Source of the DNA: Rhizodiscina lignyota
Taxonomy: Eukaryota
Length of the DNA: 64,000 nt
Direction: 5' to 3'
Assembly: GCA_010015805.1 (NCBI GenBank)
Contig: ML978122.1
Location: 3,196,453-3,260,452, forward strand
Shown here: piece by piece, positions 36,736 through 47,646 of the stretch
Position numbering within the stretch: position 1 is the stretch's first letter
How the letters are laid out: the number at the start of each line of letters is the position of its first letter
Program-made: the position numbers and the translations under genes
The notes under the pieces: generated by a model
What the model saw: the letters and a program-made list of their open reading frames with translations, nothing else
What the model was told of the DNA's origin: nothing
The model's database searches: none

Positions 36736-38458
36736 ATGATCTCCATAGTAGCGTCATTCCTCCAAAATGAACTCTCCCTCCATCCTTATCGCAGCACCTT
36801 CGTCTCACTCCTCTTCGTTCCTCTGCTCTACGTATTCATAAATGAAATCATCCGCTACACTTCTCGCGTTCCTGGCTTCAAGGGCCCGCCAGGTCTCCCC
36901 GTCATTGGCAACCTGGAAGCTGTGCGCGTCAATGCCGCAGAGCAATACCGGAAGTGGGCTAAGACATATGGAGATGTGTACCAGATACAACTGGGGAACA
37001 TCCCAGTGATTGTCGTGAACAGCGCAGAGAGCGCGAGGAAGATATTTGGGAATAATAGCCAGAGTTTGAGCTCACGGCCAGTGTTTTATACATTCCATAA
37101 GGTGGGTGGATACCGAAGGTTGTGAACGATGAGGACGAAGACAGATGCGGATCCATTGAGCGAATTGTGCTGATGTCAAGTGGGAATAGGTATTGTCGAA
37201 TACTGCAGGAACAACAATCGGGACGAGTCCCTTTTCCGACTCGTTGAAACGTCGTCGCAAGGGCGCCGCTTCTGCATTAAATAAGCCATCAGTGGCAACA
37301 TATATTCCGCATCTGGACATTGAGACTCGCGACTTTGTCAAGGAAGGGTTGGAATATGGCAAAGCAGGCACCATTGGAATCGATCCTATGCCCATGATCC
37401 AAAGACTCTCTCTGAGCCTGGCACTTACACTGAACTGGGGGACTCGCATGGGTAGCCGCGATGACCCGCTGTTCCACGAGATTACTGAGGTGGAGGAGGA
37501 GATCTCAAAGTTCCGCAGCACAACGGGCAATTTGCAGGACTACATTCCGCTACTGCGGCTAAATCCGTTCAGCTTTGGTAACAAGCACGCGAGGGAAATG
37601 CGGGATCGAAGAGATGTGTATCTTAACAAGCTGAATCGCGATTTGGATGATCGGATGGAGAAGGGCATACACAAGCCGTGTATTCAGGCCAATGTCATCC
37701 TGGATAAGGAGGCGAGTTTGAACAAGGAGGAGCTTACGTCCATCTCGTTAACGATGCTGTCGGGCGGGCTGGATACGGTCACGACGCTAGTGCAGTGGAG
37801 TGTTGCGCTCATTGCACAGCGGCCAGATGTCCAAGGCAAGGCGATCGAGGCGATAAGAGAGTTTTATCCGGAGGATATGCCGCTGTGCGATGCAGAAGAC
37901 GATCAGAAATGTGGGTATGTGGTCGCGCTGGTTCGAGAGTGTTTGCGGTATTACGCCGTGTTAAGGCTGGCGTTACCTCGTGCGAGTGTGAAGGACGTGA
38001 CGTATGAAGGGAAAGTGATTCCAGCTGGCACGACAATCTTCCTAAATGCCTGGGCCTGTAATATGGGTAAGTTGCAGTTCTACATCAACGGCGGCGCGTC
38101 TCGAGCCATATGCTGACTGGATTCAGATTCCAAGGTCTGGAGCGATCCAGAGGTCTTCCGACCGGAGCGATGGATCGAGCAACCTGATGCGCCGCTCTTT
38201 ACGTACGGCCTGGGCTATCGGATGTGCGCAGGAAGTCTGCTGGCGAACCGCGAGCTGTATTTGGCGTATATGAGAATGCTGAATAGCTTCGAACTGGTCA
38301 AAGATTCAGACGTAGAGACGCACCCGGTCCTGGGTTCTGCAGATCCTACGAGCTTGGTGACGATGAGCAAGAGATACACAGTGGTATTTAAACCGCGGAA
38401 CGAGAAGGCCCTGAGAGAAGCAATCGAGAAGAGCATCAAAGAGCACGGGGAGGCATAA
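36736..38458 (+). CDS. Cytochrome P450, CYP504 family (phenylacetate/3-hydroxyphenylacetate hydroxylase; closer to PhacB type); exons 36736-37101, 37190-38066, 38127-38458
   Basis: N-terminal TM anchor, SSRPVFYTFHKVLSNTAGTTIGTSP, SGGLDT I-helix, ECLR, PERW and heme motif YGLGYRMCAG. Subfamily call is from memory. Confidence 0.9.
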
Positions 38459-39220
38459 ATATGGATCAAATTGAAAGGACAACTGCGAGGAAGGCAGGAG
38501 GATCGAAACGCGCGATAGATCGTACGGTAGGGATGCCGCTTTCGTACACGGTAGCGCTTTGCACGCTGTGCACTGGAGTAGATATAACAGCTGTCACATT
38601 GTGAAGAACTAAAGGCCAAACATTGCACCAGATAGATGTAAAAGCGCTGTTGTGTTTGGATGCTAGACGCGTCAGGAGCTACTGCAGACACGACACGGCA
38701 CGGCACGCATAAAGGCACTTCTGCTACGGATGATCGACACAGGCCTGAGTATTTATAATGTCGAGCCGGACTGTTGGAGCTCCTGGCAACGCTGTGTCGC
38801 TGCTGAGCCCTCAGATTCTAATTGCACAAGTTCATCAAGTTCAAAGAGATATTCTAATCGATCAAGCCCTGGTGTATCTACGCAAACAACTATACCTGAA
38901 CCCCCTCTGCACTCCCTCTATAATCGAATTGCCTTCAATACGGTCGACTACTAGGTGTATCAGCTCCGGGCAACATTGACATTATAGCGACTGCCCATAG
39001 GATCAGCATTCTCGCCGAGAAGTTGGTGATGCCAGCTACAACTTCGACACGTTGCGACCGCTCCTGAACATCAATCCCACGCGATCGAACACCCCCGACC
39101 TTTCCTGAATATTTCCCCGAACACCCCCAGTCCTCTTGCTTCATCGACCGAACTTGTCACGCGCTCCGCGGACGCTTCCTCACCGGCCCAGGAAGAGGAA
39201 GAGCACACGATGAATACCGC

Positions 39221-41665
39221 ATGTCCAGCATAGGAGACGGCGGCCGTCACAGGGTGCGAGGAGGACACGACGATATGGCCGCATCGTCGCGCGTCGCGGA
39301 GAAGGACGAAGAGCTGGGCAAGAGAGATGATAGCTACTACAAGTGGCACCGGAGGCGTACGAGTGGGAGCTTGTCATCGTGGAATCCGTTGCGCTATCGG
39401 AAGAGGAGGCTATTGGCAACCTGTGTCGTGCTGCTAGCGGTCTACCTTCTTTTTCGAATGCTGCGTGTGGACATTCTGATGTCACCTGCATTCCCTAGTT
39501 CGAGCGACACGGCAGAGAACGAGAGCGATTATGGGTATACACCTGGAGGGCCACCTGTCCAGCCCAGCGGCGCTCCTCCGAAGAGGGAGCTCGACCGTGC
39601 GAATCCAGCATCGAAGCATTACTACAATGAGGTCATCAAATTCTACAAGCTTGGGGCATCACTGCATCGAATATCGCGGACGATGGGGTATCGTCCGAAC
39701 AACCACAACATCCTCTTCGCGGCATCCAGTCTCCAAAGTGTGGCCAACCTCCTGCCTGTCGCTTGTGAGATGCGCAGATGGGACAGGAACCATGTACATG
39801 TTGCGCTGTTTGGAAGGGACGATCTGTCTATTGAGGAGATACAGGAGGTTAATGGCGTCGACAAAGACACGTGCGACATCTTCTGGCACGATGCTCGTCC
39901 GGACTATGCGGAGTACAGTACGGATTTGCGCGCAGAGACTGGAGCGGTATTTGCGTTTAAGAGCATTAATGACTTCATGCACCCACAGGTTCTGATCACG
40001 GACCAATTGGAGCAAGAGGATGTATTCTTTCAACATTCAGTGAAGAAAGCAGTGCAAGGACAGGGTCATCCGCTCATCCAAATACCGGAAGGTGGTGTAG
40101 ACAAGTTGATGTGGATGACACGGCTAGACTCCGAATCTCTCAAGGCATGGCATAAGGTCTCCGTCGACATTCTCGTTCACGCTCCTCCGGACTCAATTGG
40201 GTCGCTCCGACGGCTCATGCAATCCCTCTCCGAAGCAGACTACACCGGTCTGAACTATCCAAGGCTCATTGTTGAGCTTCCAGCTGAAGTGGATTACATG
40301 ACGAAATTCTTCCTGGACGAACTGAAATGGCCACCAAAGCAGCATGACGTGCTATCGCACTCCAACTCCCTCATCATCCGCCACCGCATCCCCAGCAAGA
40401 AGATCTCCGCCGAGGAAGCCACAGTTCGTTTCGCCGAATCTTTCTACCCTACCCATGCCGACGATTCTCATGTGCTGGTCATCTGTCCTCAAGCCCAGGT
40501 TTCTCCACTCTACTTCCAATACCTGATGTACAACATTCTTGAATACAAGTACTCGCGATATCAAGCCGATGGCGTTTCATCCCTTCTTGGCCTCAGCTTA
40601 GACGTGCCTTCTACCAGTCTGGATGGTTCAGCGTCTTTCGTTCCTCCCTCGACAAAGGACCTCCCTAGCGGCAATCCCTACAAGGAGCCGCAGGACTCAC
40701 CTATCCCATTCCTTTGGGAGGCACCAAGCAGCGGTGCGGCACTATACTTTGGTGACAAGTGGATCGAGATCCAGTCGTTCCTGACCAACCGAATCGACGC
40801 AAGAAAGAAGCATCACCCAAAGAAGAAAGAAGTATCCGCCGCATTTCCGGCATGGGTGGAGTATTTCCTGGAGTTGATCCGCGCGCGTAGTTACGCGATG
40901 CTCTACCCTGGCTTAGAGTCGGGGGAGAGCCTTGTCATAGTTCACGAAGAGTCATTTCATGTTCCGGAGGAATTCACGGAGCCGACAGAAACGCCCGCCA
41001 CGAGGCGTAAGTGGAGACGTGACGACTCTGCTGCAGCTGCTGAGTCTGACTTGGAAGCTTTTGTGACGCCAGCCACGTTTCCCACGTCTCGAGATGATTA
41101 TGATGCAAGTGAGGAGGAACGTCCACTGCTCACCTCGTCTGCACGGCCACTCCATCAGGTCCTGCCATTTGATGCGGATCTGCCTGGTCTACGCCTTATC
41201 CCGTACCTCTCATCAAGCGGAGAGAAGACGAGCGTGGCGAACGCAGCTAGGATCGCCGAAGCGTACGCAGATCATTTCCGGCGCGAGGTCGGTGGGTGTA
41301 TTGATGATGCGAATTTCAAGAAGGGATGGAAAAAGAGGGGTGTGAAGGGCAGTGCGAAGGACTTGTTTTGCTGGGGCGATGAAGGCGAGGATGAGTGGAT
41401 CATTCCAAAAGAGGAGATAGCGCCGAACGCAGGTGGTGGGACTGGGAGTGCTGGTTCCAAAGTACCGATTGTCAACACTGAAGCTGGCGAGAACGGAGAT
41501 GAAAGTCCGGGCTTCATGGTCGGGAGTCGCGATGCCTCAGGGAGGCCGAGAGAAGATTCTACGGATAAGGGACCTGTTGTCATGTCGAGGGAAACAGAAG
41601 GAGAGATCAAAGTCCCCGCACTAGATGCGATGGCGGAAAGGTCAGACGATTCCAGAGAAGTGTAA
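39221..41665 (+). CDS. Type II membrane protein, fungal glycosyltransferase-2-like family
   Basis: 814-aa intronless ORF; single TM after a basic stretch (RKRRLLATCVVLLAVYLLF); ILFAASSL.S, WHDARPDY, RF.ESFYP, LYFGDKW.E and DLFC motifs. Confidence 0.7.
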   Translation: MSSIGDGGRHRVRGGHDDMAASSRVAEKDEELGKRDDSYYKWHRRRTSGSLSSWNPLRYRKRRLLATCVVLLAVYLLFRMLRVDILMSPAFPSSSDTAENESDYGYTPGGPPVQPSGAPPKRELDRANPASKHYYNEVIKFYKLGASLHRISRTMGYRPNNHNILFAASSLQSVANLLPVACEMRRWDRNHVHVALFGRDDLSIEEIQEVNGVDKDTCDIFWHDARPDYAEYSTDLRAETGAVFAFKSINDFMHPQVLITDQLEQEDVFFQHSVKKAVQGQGHPLIQIPEGGVDKLMWMTRLDSESLKAWHKVSVDILVHAPPDSIGSLRRLMQSLSEADYTGLNYPRLIVELPAEVDYMTKFFLDELKWPPKQHDVLSHSNSLIIRHRIPSKKISAEEATVRFAESFYPTHADDSHVLVICPQAQVSPLYFQYLMYNILEYKYSRYQADGVSSLLGLSLDVPSTSLDGSASFVPPSTKDLPSGNPYKEPQDSPIPFLWEAPSSGAALYFGDKWIEIQSFLTNRIDARKKHHPKKKEVSAAFPAWVEYFLELIRARSYAMLYPGLESGESLVIVHEESFHVPEEFTEPTETPATRRKWRRDDSAAAAESDLEAFVTPATFPTSRDDYDASEEERPLLTSSARPLHQVLPFDADLPGLRLIPYLSSSGEKTSVANAARIAEAYADHFRREVGGCIDDANFKKGWKKRGVKGSAKDLFCWGDEGEDEWIIPKEEIAPNAGGGTGSAGSKVPIVNTEAGENGDESPGFMVGSRDASGRPREDSTDKGPVVMSRETEGEIKVPALDAMAERSDDSREV

Positions 41666-42043
41666 AGGATATTTCGTATGTGCTATATAGAGGCAACAAT
41701 ATCGTTGCTCTTAGGGCTTCGGCGTTTTATGGATCTGGCAGCGAGAACGTTTAGCGTGGAGCAGCTTTGAGGGATTAAGCTTTCTGGTATTAGAACTGCC
41801 TTTTACACACTGCTGTAAACCTCAACCAAACAATGTGCCGTGGTCTCCTTCTCGATTTCAATCCGTCGAGCTCCTCTGCCTTTAGCGCTTCGGCGCGCCA
41901 AGACTAGACTGTCGGCGTCGTGACTGAGCGGAGTGGCCCACTGAAATCTTGGCGCGCAGGGGTCCCATAAAAAAGTTCGTGGGATTCAATTCTCGAAGAA
42001 CTTTAGTACCACGACACTTGCAAAGCTGTACACTCCCGCGATC

Positions 42044-44398
42044 ATGGCCGAAGATGGGATGCTGCTCAACTTCTCCATCGGAGATGCTCCGATTGTTCAG
42101 AAGGACAAGTTGAGAGGTGGCTCCTGGCGCGCGCGACGGCAAGTTGAACGACGGAGCAGACGTCCATCTGACGCTCCGCCAGCAAAGAGGCAAAGGACCA
42201 ATGATATACAGCCAACTTCCGAGACGAGTCATCCGAAAGGGCCAAAAACTGAGGAGAGACAGGTCATTTCTTCATTGTTTCGATTCAATCCTTCGTCCAC
42301 GACGAAGTCTCAGCCCAATACCAGCAAGACAGACGACGATCATGTCGAGCCATCGAATGCACCACTCTCTGGCGAGCTGGAGAATTTTACTTCCTTGGGA
42401 CTCTCGCTTGCTCTTGCCGTCCATCTTACTCAAAAGCTTGCCATAAAAAGACCGACTGCAATACAAAAGGCAGCGATCCCTCGCCTGCTGCAGGATAATT
42501 CAGACGCTTTCATACAGGCAGAGACGGGCTCGGGCAAGACACTAGCGTACACCTTGCCCATTGTGCAACGTATCATAGAGTTGACTCCAGTATCAAGCTC
42601 TGCCGATGTAGAAGGGAAGAACAGCAGTGCACCCTCTGGCATACACCGAGATTCTGGCCTCTTCGCGATAATCCTGACGCCCACTCGAGAACTATCGCGC
42701 CAAGTATCAAACGTATTGGCATCTATTCTACCACCCTATCTTGTCTCCGGTACTGTTATTGGAGGAGAGAAGAAGAAGTCTGAGAAGGCTAGGCTACGGA
42801 AGGGACTGAATATCCTGATCGCAACACCTGGTCGGCTCGCAGACCATCTCGATCATACAGAAGCGCTAGATGTGAGCCGCGTTCGATGGCTGATACTGGA
42901 CGAAGGCGATAGGCTCATGGAATTGGGCTTCGAAGAGGACATTAAGAGGATTGTCAGTAAATTGGATTTCCGTTTACACAAGGGGTTAAAGGACGGAGTA
43001 GCAGAGGCGCTGCCGGGCCTGCCATCCAACCGGATCACGATTCTCTGCTCTGCCACCATGAAGATGGACGTCCAGCGTCTGGGTGAGATCAGTCTGAAAG
43101 ACGCGACACATATCCAGGCGAGTTCAGGTGACGAAGTTCAGAACGACGAAGAAGGCGAGATCAGCGCAGCAGAGCAGACGAACATGCAAGGAGACTTCAC
43201 AGCGCCCGCTCAATTGAAACAATCGTATGCCGTGGTTCCAGCGAAGCTCCGACTGGTCACACTCATCGCGATGCTAAAGCAAACATTTATACGCAGAGGT
43301 GCCGTGAACAAAGTCATTGTGTTCATCTCCTGCGCTGATTCTGTCGACTTTCATTTCGATGTTTTCATGCGAGACCCGGCAGAAGCATCTGAACCCACCG
43401 ACGACGACAACCGTGCTATTGAAACGCGTACAAAACCGCGTCGTAAAACAACTGAGGCCACCAAGCCCCCAGAAATCGCCACAGTTATTACCTCTGGACC
43501 TTCCCTGCATATCACTCCGTTAAACTCTACACCATCCGACCAAGTTACTGTCTATCGCCTCCACGGCTCTCTCCCGCCACCGCTCCGAACATCCACACTC
43601 AAAGCCTTCTACAGTTCAACGTCTCCATCCGTCCTTTTCTGTACAGATGTTGCATCTCGTGGCCTAGATTTGCCTAACGTCGACCTCGTCATCGAGTTCG
43701 ATCCTGCCTTCTCTCGCGACGATCACATTCACCGCGTTGGCCGAACTGCGCGAGCAGGGAACGACGGTAGGGCTTGCGTATTTTTGATGCCGGGAGTTGA
43801 AGAAGGTTACATAGATGTCCTGGCTAGGGACAGAAGGGAGGGCGCAAGCGCGCTGCGGCGTTCGGATGCGGACGAAGCACTGAAGAAGGCGTTTGCGTCA
43901 CCATCGGTGTCCTCGAACACTTCGGCAGCGGCGATGAGACGGTCCAAGTCCGATGTCAAAGACTGGGAAGGAGTCGCTACGAATGCGCAGCTCGATATCG
44001 AGCGCTGGATCCTCTCCCAACCGTCACTGCTTGAAAAGGCGCGCAAGGCATATCAAAGCCACATCCGGGCGTATGCAACGCACGTGGCAAACGAGCGGCA
44101 ATACTTCGATATCAAAGAGCTGCATCTGGGACACCTGGCAAAAGCATTTGGGCTGAGGGATCGTCCGAGTATGGTTAATGTGCCGGGTATGAGGGCTGGG
44201 CCAGGGAAGAAGGAAAGACGGTATGTCAGTAATGCGGGAAGTGAGAAATTGAAGGGCGAAGGGCGGAAGGTCAAACCTGGCGGATTTGATAGAGATGATG
44301 TCGCAGGCGGGATGGTAGATCTTGGAGATGCGGCGAAGAAGATGAGGTCGAAGGTCAAGGGGATGATGGGTGGAGCGGATGAGTTTAACCTTGGGTAA
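42044..44398 (+). CDS. DBP7: ATP-dependent RNA helicase DBP7 (60S biogenesis)
   Basis: MAEDGMLLNF N-terminus, AETGSGKT, PTREL, GGEKKKSEKARLRKG, DEGD, SAT, HRVGRTAR and LHLGHLAKAFGLR. Confidence 0.96.
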   Translation: MAEDGMLLNFSIGDAPIVQKDKLRGGSWRARRQVERRSRRPSDAPPAKRQRTNDIQPTSETSHPKGPKTEERQVISSLFRFNPSSTTKSQPNTSKTDDDHVEPSNAPLSGELENFTSLGLSLALAVHLTQKLAIKRPTAIQKAAIPRLLQDNSDAFIQAETGSGKTLAYTLPIVQRIIELTPVSSSADVEGKNSSAPSGIHRDSGLFAIILTPTRELSRQVSNVLASILPPYLVSGTVIGGEKKKSEKARLRKGLNILIATPGRLADHLDHTEALDVSRVRWLILDEGDRLMELGFEEDIKRIVSKLDFRLHKGLKDGVAEALPGLPSNRITILCSATMKMDVQRLGEISLKDATHIQASSGDEVQNDEEGEISAAEQTNMQGDFTAPAQLKQSYAVVPAKLRLVTLIAMLKQTFIRRGAVNKVIVFISCADSVDFHFDVFMRDPAEASEPTDDDNRAIETRTKPRRKTTEATKPPEIATVITSGPSLHITPLNSTPSDQVTVYRLHGSLPPPLRTSTLKAFYSSTSPSVLFCTDVASRGLDLPNVDLVIEFDPAFSRDDHIHRVGRTARAGNDGRACVFLMPGVEEGYIDVLARDRREGASALRRSDADEALKKAFASPSVSSNTSAAAMRRSKSDVKDWEGVATNAQLDIERWILSQPSLLEKARKAYQSHIRAYATHVANERQYFDIKELHLGHLAKAFGLRDRPSMVNVPGMRAGPGKKERRYVSNAGSEKLKGEGRKVKPGGFDRDDVAGGMVDLGDAAKKMRSKVKGMMGGADEFNLG

Positions 44399-45042
44399 CG
44401 GGATTGTGATAGTCGAATGATTTACTGAACCGGATTCTTTGTGCTGTCTACAATCGTGATGCTGTCGTGGTCACTGATGATAACTCGGTTGTACTCTGCG
44501 TTATTCTTATGGGTTTGAGACTTTTATGGCTGGCCGTAGGCATTCAAAGAACAAATAAAAAACCAAAAGAACTACGTTGAGGAGTTTTAAGGCAGAAAAC
44601 ATTCATGTTGGAGGAGAGATGATATGATAATCGAAGACCAACAGCAAGAAGTTGCAGATATCCCGCTCAGATCGCAGTCTGATTCGCTACCCAGATCGGA
44701 GATGAGCATTGTATCAGCGGGGTGTTCCACAAATGGAGCTCCGCCCCGCGAGGATATCGATCCGTCAAATAAATAGCTATTACTTCGTATAGCCGGTCTT
44801 TTGATATGTGACTGTGTTCAATTCTCAGCCTTGTGTTAGGTGCTTCCCCAATTTAGCGAGCGCCACATTATTGAGAGCGGCTGGCCTGCATAACACCGAC
44901 AAGGCTGAATGAACGAATTGAGAAACGGCTCCGCCTCTTTCTGCTCTTTAGAACACAGCTTAGATTCTCTTTTTTTCATTCCGTCCTGATTAAATGCCAT
45001 GCTCCCACCCGCCAAGAAGAGAAAATAAGCAAGTCACTTACC

Positions 45043-46806
45043 ATGTTCGGCGACGCCAACCCTCCCCAATGCCAGTGGGGGGCAGATGGGCAAGAGAGGG
45101 CAGACTACATTGAGGCTCTAAAATACAAAGACCGCGATGTGCCTGTGAAATATGGTCATCTCAAGAATGGGGAGATTGCGGAATGGGTGGACAGAACACC
45201 AAAGCCTACATCCACCTTGCTCGGAGGCATTCGAATGCTGATTTGCGAACGACACCGATATTCCCCACTGGATTTCCCGATTCAGAACAGCACGTACACC
45301 AGACTTGTAGAGAAGTTCAAGCTTCACTCAACTACACTGCGATCCTTTGATACAGATGCTGGCTCCTTTGCACGATACTATGATTACGACGATAGTGGCT
45401 CCAGTGTGGAACTAAAAGGCATTTGTATGAATTCCTTTCTGGTTCCTACGTGTGTAATCGGCTCTGGTACTGAATTTTCCATCGTAGACATCGTTCTGAA
45501 AATCCCTCAGAAACGCGAAATCGGCAACCATGGTCTGTCGATGTACTATGATACGCATATCGGTCTCACCACGGCCCTTCTCTACGGTATGGACATACTG
45601 GTATGCGACGACACGACATCCAACGAACATCCAAATCCTCCAATTCCCGCTTCGGAAGAGGATGATTTCTCCCTCGTCTGGAAAGAAAAGAAGCAAGCTC
45701 GGCGCCCAAAACTCCTGTCTATGATCCGCTCCTGCTCCAAAGCCTGGGTACACCCTCTTGTCTTGCCCTGCTTATTACTGGAAGAGCACATGCGCAAGAC
45801 CAAAGAATATTGCGAGCATGGGCTTGTCAGGACAGAAATGTGGAATATCATGAACTCCCTGGGCATGAGAGGTGATGACAGGCCTCAAATAGTTTTCTGG
45901 CAAGCTGCACTTACTGCTAAGGAAACTCTCTCAGAGGAAGCCAAAGAAGACCGCTTCGACGCGAAAAGACTGACCGTGCGTCTCAATCGGCAGGGTTTGC
46001 GGATTCGCTACACTGAGCGGAGTCCTCATTGGAACATCGAGTGCGCACAATTCGCTCTCGCTTTGGCCGACGAGTTGGAAAAGAAGTTGCCAGAAGGGAA
46101 AGTAGACGCCGCGACGGATCATAACCTTCGAGATGGCCTCGATAACAATATTGCGACTTCAAAAACTTCATCATACAATCTGACAGTCTTGAAGGAATGT
46201 CTTTCCTTGCAGCTTGAGGTTCTCGGCTCACTAGTCACGCAAATGGATAACGAAGTCTCCGTCCGTCAAGCTCAGGAATCAGCCAACATGGCGAGAGATT
46301 CAACTAGAATGGCGTGGAATGCAGGACGCGACAGCACTAGTATGAAGATTCTCGCCTTCATCACCGCGATATTCCTCCCTGCGACATTCGTAGCGACGTT
46401 CTTCAGCATGACCTTCTTCAATTGGCAAGGAGGAGGCGGCGGTGGTGGCGGAGGCAACAACAACCAGCAGCCTGCCGTCCTGAGCAATCAATTCTGGATC
46501 TACTGGGTGGTTGCGGCGCCCCTGACGTTTGTAACGCTGTTTGGGTGGGGATTTTGGTGGGTTCTGGAGTTGTACCTTCGAGCCAAGAAGTTTCCAAAGA
46601 CCGCCAGTGACAGTGGTCACGACTGGGAGGCGCACATGGTGAGATTCATCGACGGTGCCCGTAGGCGGCCGAAGGGTAAGAAAGGAACTCGTGAGGGTGA
46701 GGCGCCAAATGACCCGGAGAACAACGGTACGAGTAACGGCGGTGTGAGTAAAAGGGCGAGTACCGGCGTAAGCAATGGCGCTGAAAAACCCCCAAGCTCG
46801 TCTTGA
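45043..46806 (+). CDS. CorA-like transmembrane-domain protein; probable 63-nt in-frame intron 45425-45487
   Basis: C-terminal RDSTSMKILAFITAIFLPATFVATFFSMTFFNW...FWIYWVVAAPLT two-TM module typical of fungal CorA-like proteins; HPLVLP motif upstream. Confidence 0.82.
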   Translation: MFGDANPPQCQWGADGQERADYIEALKYKDRDVPVKYGHLKNGEIAEWVDRTPKPTSTLLGGIRMLICERHRYSPLDFPIQNSTYTRLVEKFKLHSTTLRSFDTDAGSFARYYDYDDSGSSVELKGICMNSFLVPTCVIGSGTEFSIVDIVLKIPQKREIGNHGLSMYYDTHIGLTTALLYGMDILVCDDTTSNEHPNPPIPASEEDDFSLVWKEKKQARRPKLLSMIRSCSKAWVHPLVLPCLLLEEHMRKTKEYCEHGLVRTEMWNIMNSLGMRGDDRPQIVFWQAALTAKETLSEEAKEDRFDAKRLTVRLNRQGLRIRYTERSPHWNIECAQFALALADELEKKLPEGKVDAATDHNLRDGLDNNIATSKTSSYNLTVLKECLSLQLEVLGSLVTQMDNEVSVRQAQESANMARDSTRMAWNAGRDSTSMKILAFITAIFLPATFVATFFSMTFFNWQGGGGGGGGGNNNQQPAVLSNQFWIYWVVAAPLTFVTLFGWGFWWVLELYLRAKKFPKTASDSGHDWEAHMVRFIDGARRRPKGKKGTREGEAPNDPENNGTSNGGVSKRASTGVSNGAEKPPSSS

Positions 46807-46848
46807 TGATACCACCTTGGTCAGGTACCAGGGAACAATTTGCTTGTT

Positions 46849-47646
46849 TCAATCGAAATGCGATGCGACGTGGTGTGCCACAGCATCTTCGTCGCCTTCA
46901 AAGGTGTGGCAAACAGGACACACAGTTGTAGCAGAATTAAACGCAGCAGTTTTGGATCCATCACCCAGTTCGGAATCGTCGTGTGTCTCGAGTGTTGACG
47001 AAGGATTCCCGCTAATCGCCGGAGACCCAGAACTTGCATCAGCTGCTTGTGCTCCTTTCCGCCGGCCGCGAGGAGCTTTAGATACGATGTAGTCCTCAAG
47101 ACTTGGTCCGCTCCGTTCCTGTTGCTCGTAGTCGTAGTCATAACCATCGGTTCTGACATCGTGATATGCAACCGTGGCTCTTGCACTCGTTTGGCCCTCG
47201 AAGCTTCGCGCGCCTTCCCGTCCCATCATCTCACCATTCCTTCCGAGCTGATCGCTGCTCGTGCCACTTTCGGCTTCTTCAGCGCTGGCGAGTCCTTGCA
47301 CTCTTCCGACTCGTCCATCGGTGAGGCGCACCTTGATCCCTCTTGGATGATTTCCGCTTGTTAGAACTTCGGCGACAAAACCTTGCACCTGGCGGCCTGT
47401 TGGCTGGTCCTGTTTGAGTACTATAGAGACCGGAGTATTTGCGGCGAGCTGATCTATTGTAGGTATAGGCCTGGTGGAAAGCGAGGAGGGACGTTGATAC
47501 GGTCTAGATCCCTGCCCTCGGCCTCGATATGATTGTGCCGCATTGTTTTGATGCGAACTACTTGAGTTACTGATAGAACGTGGTGATGATTCAGAGTCTC
47601 TGTTGTCGTTGCCACGGCGAGGTTGACGGTTGCGTGGACGATTCAT
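46849..47646 (-). CDS. DUF2196/YwbE-like domain protein with C-terminal C2H2 (UBZ-like) zinc finger
   Basis: VSIVLKQDQPTGRQVQG.V.EVLT.GNHPRGIKVRL.DGRVGRVQ and CPVC.....DEDAVAHHVASHF; ATG at 47646. Confidence 0.8.
   Translation of the reverse strand: MNRPRNRQPRRGNDNRDSESSPRSISNSSSSHQNNAAQSYRGRGQGSRPYQRPSSLSTRPIPTIDQLAANTPVSIVLKQDQPTGRQVQGFVAEVLTSGNHPRGIKVRLTDGRVGRVQGLASAEEAESGTSSDQLGRNGEMMGREGARSFEGQTSARATVAYHDVRTDGYDYDYEQQERSGPSLEDYIVSKAPRGRRKGAQAADASSGSPAISGNPSSTLETHDDSELGDGSKTAAFNSATTVCPVCHTFEGDEDAVAHHVASHFD

Noticed and set aside
30887..41665. PDX3-EGT1-P450-glycosyltransferase run on one strand as a biosynthetic cluster for a modified ergothioneine
   Set aside because: Each gene has an ordinary independent role (CYP504 in aromatic catabolism, PDX3 in PLP salvage). 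There is no Egt2 C-S lyase, dedicated transporter or regulator, and I saw no shared promoter motif. Co-orientation alone is not evidence.
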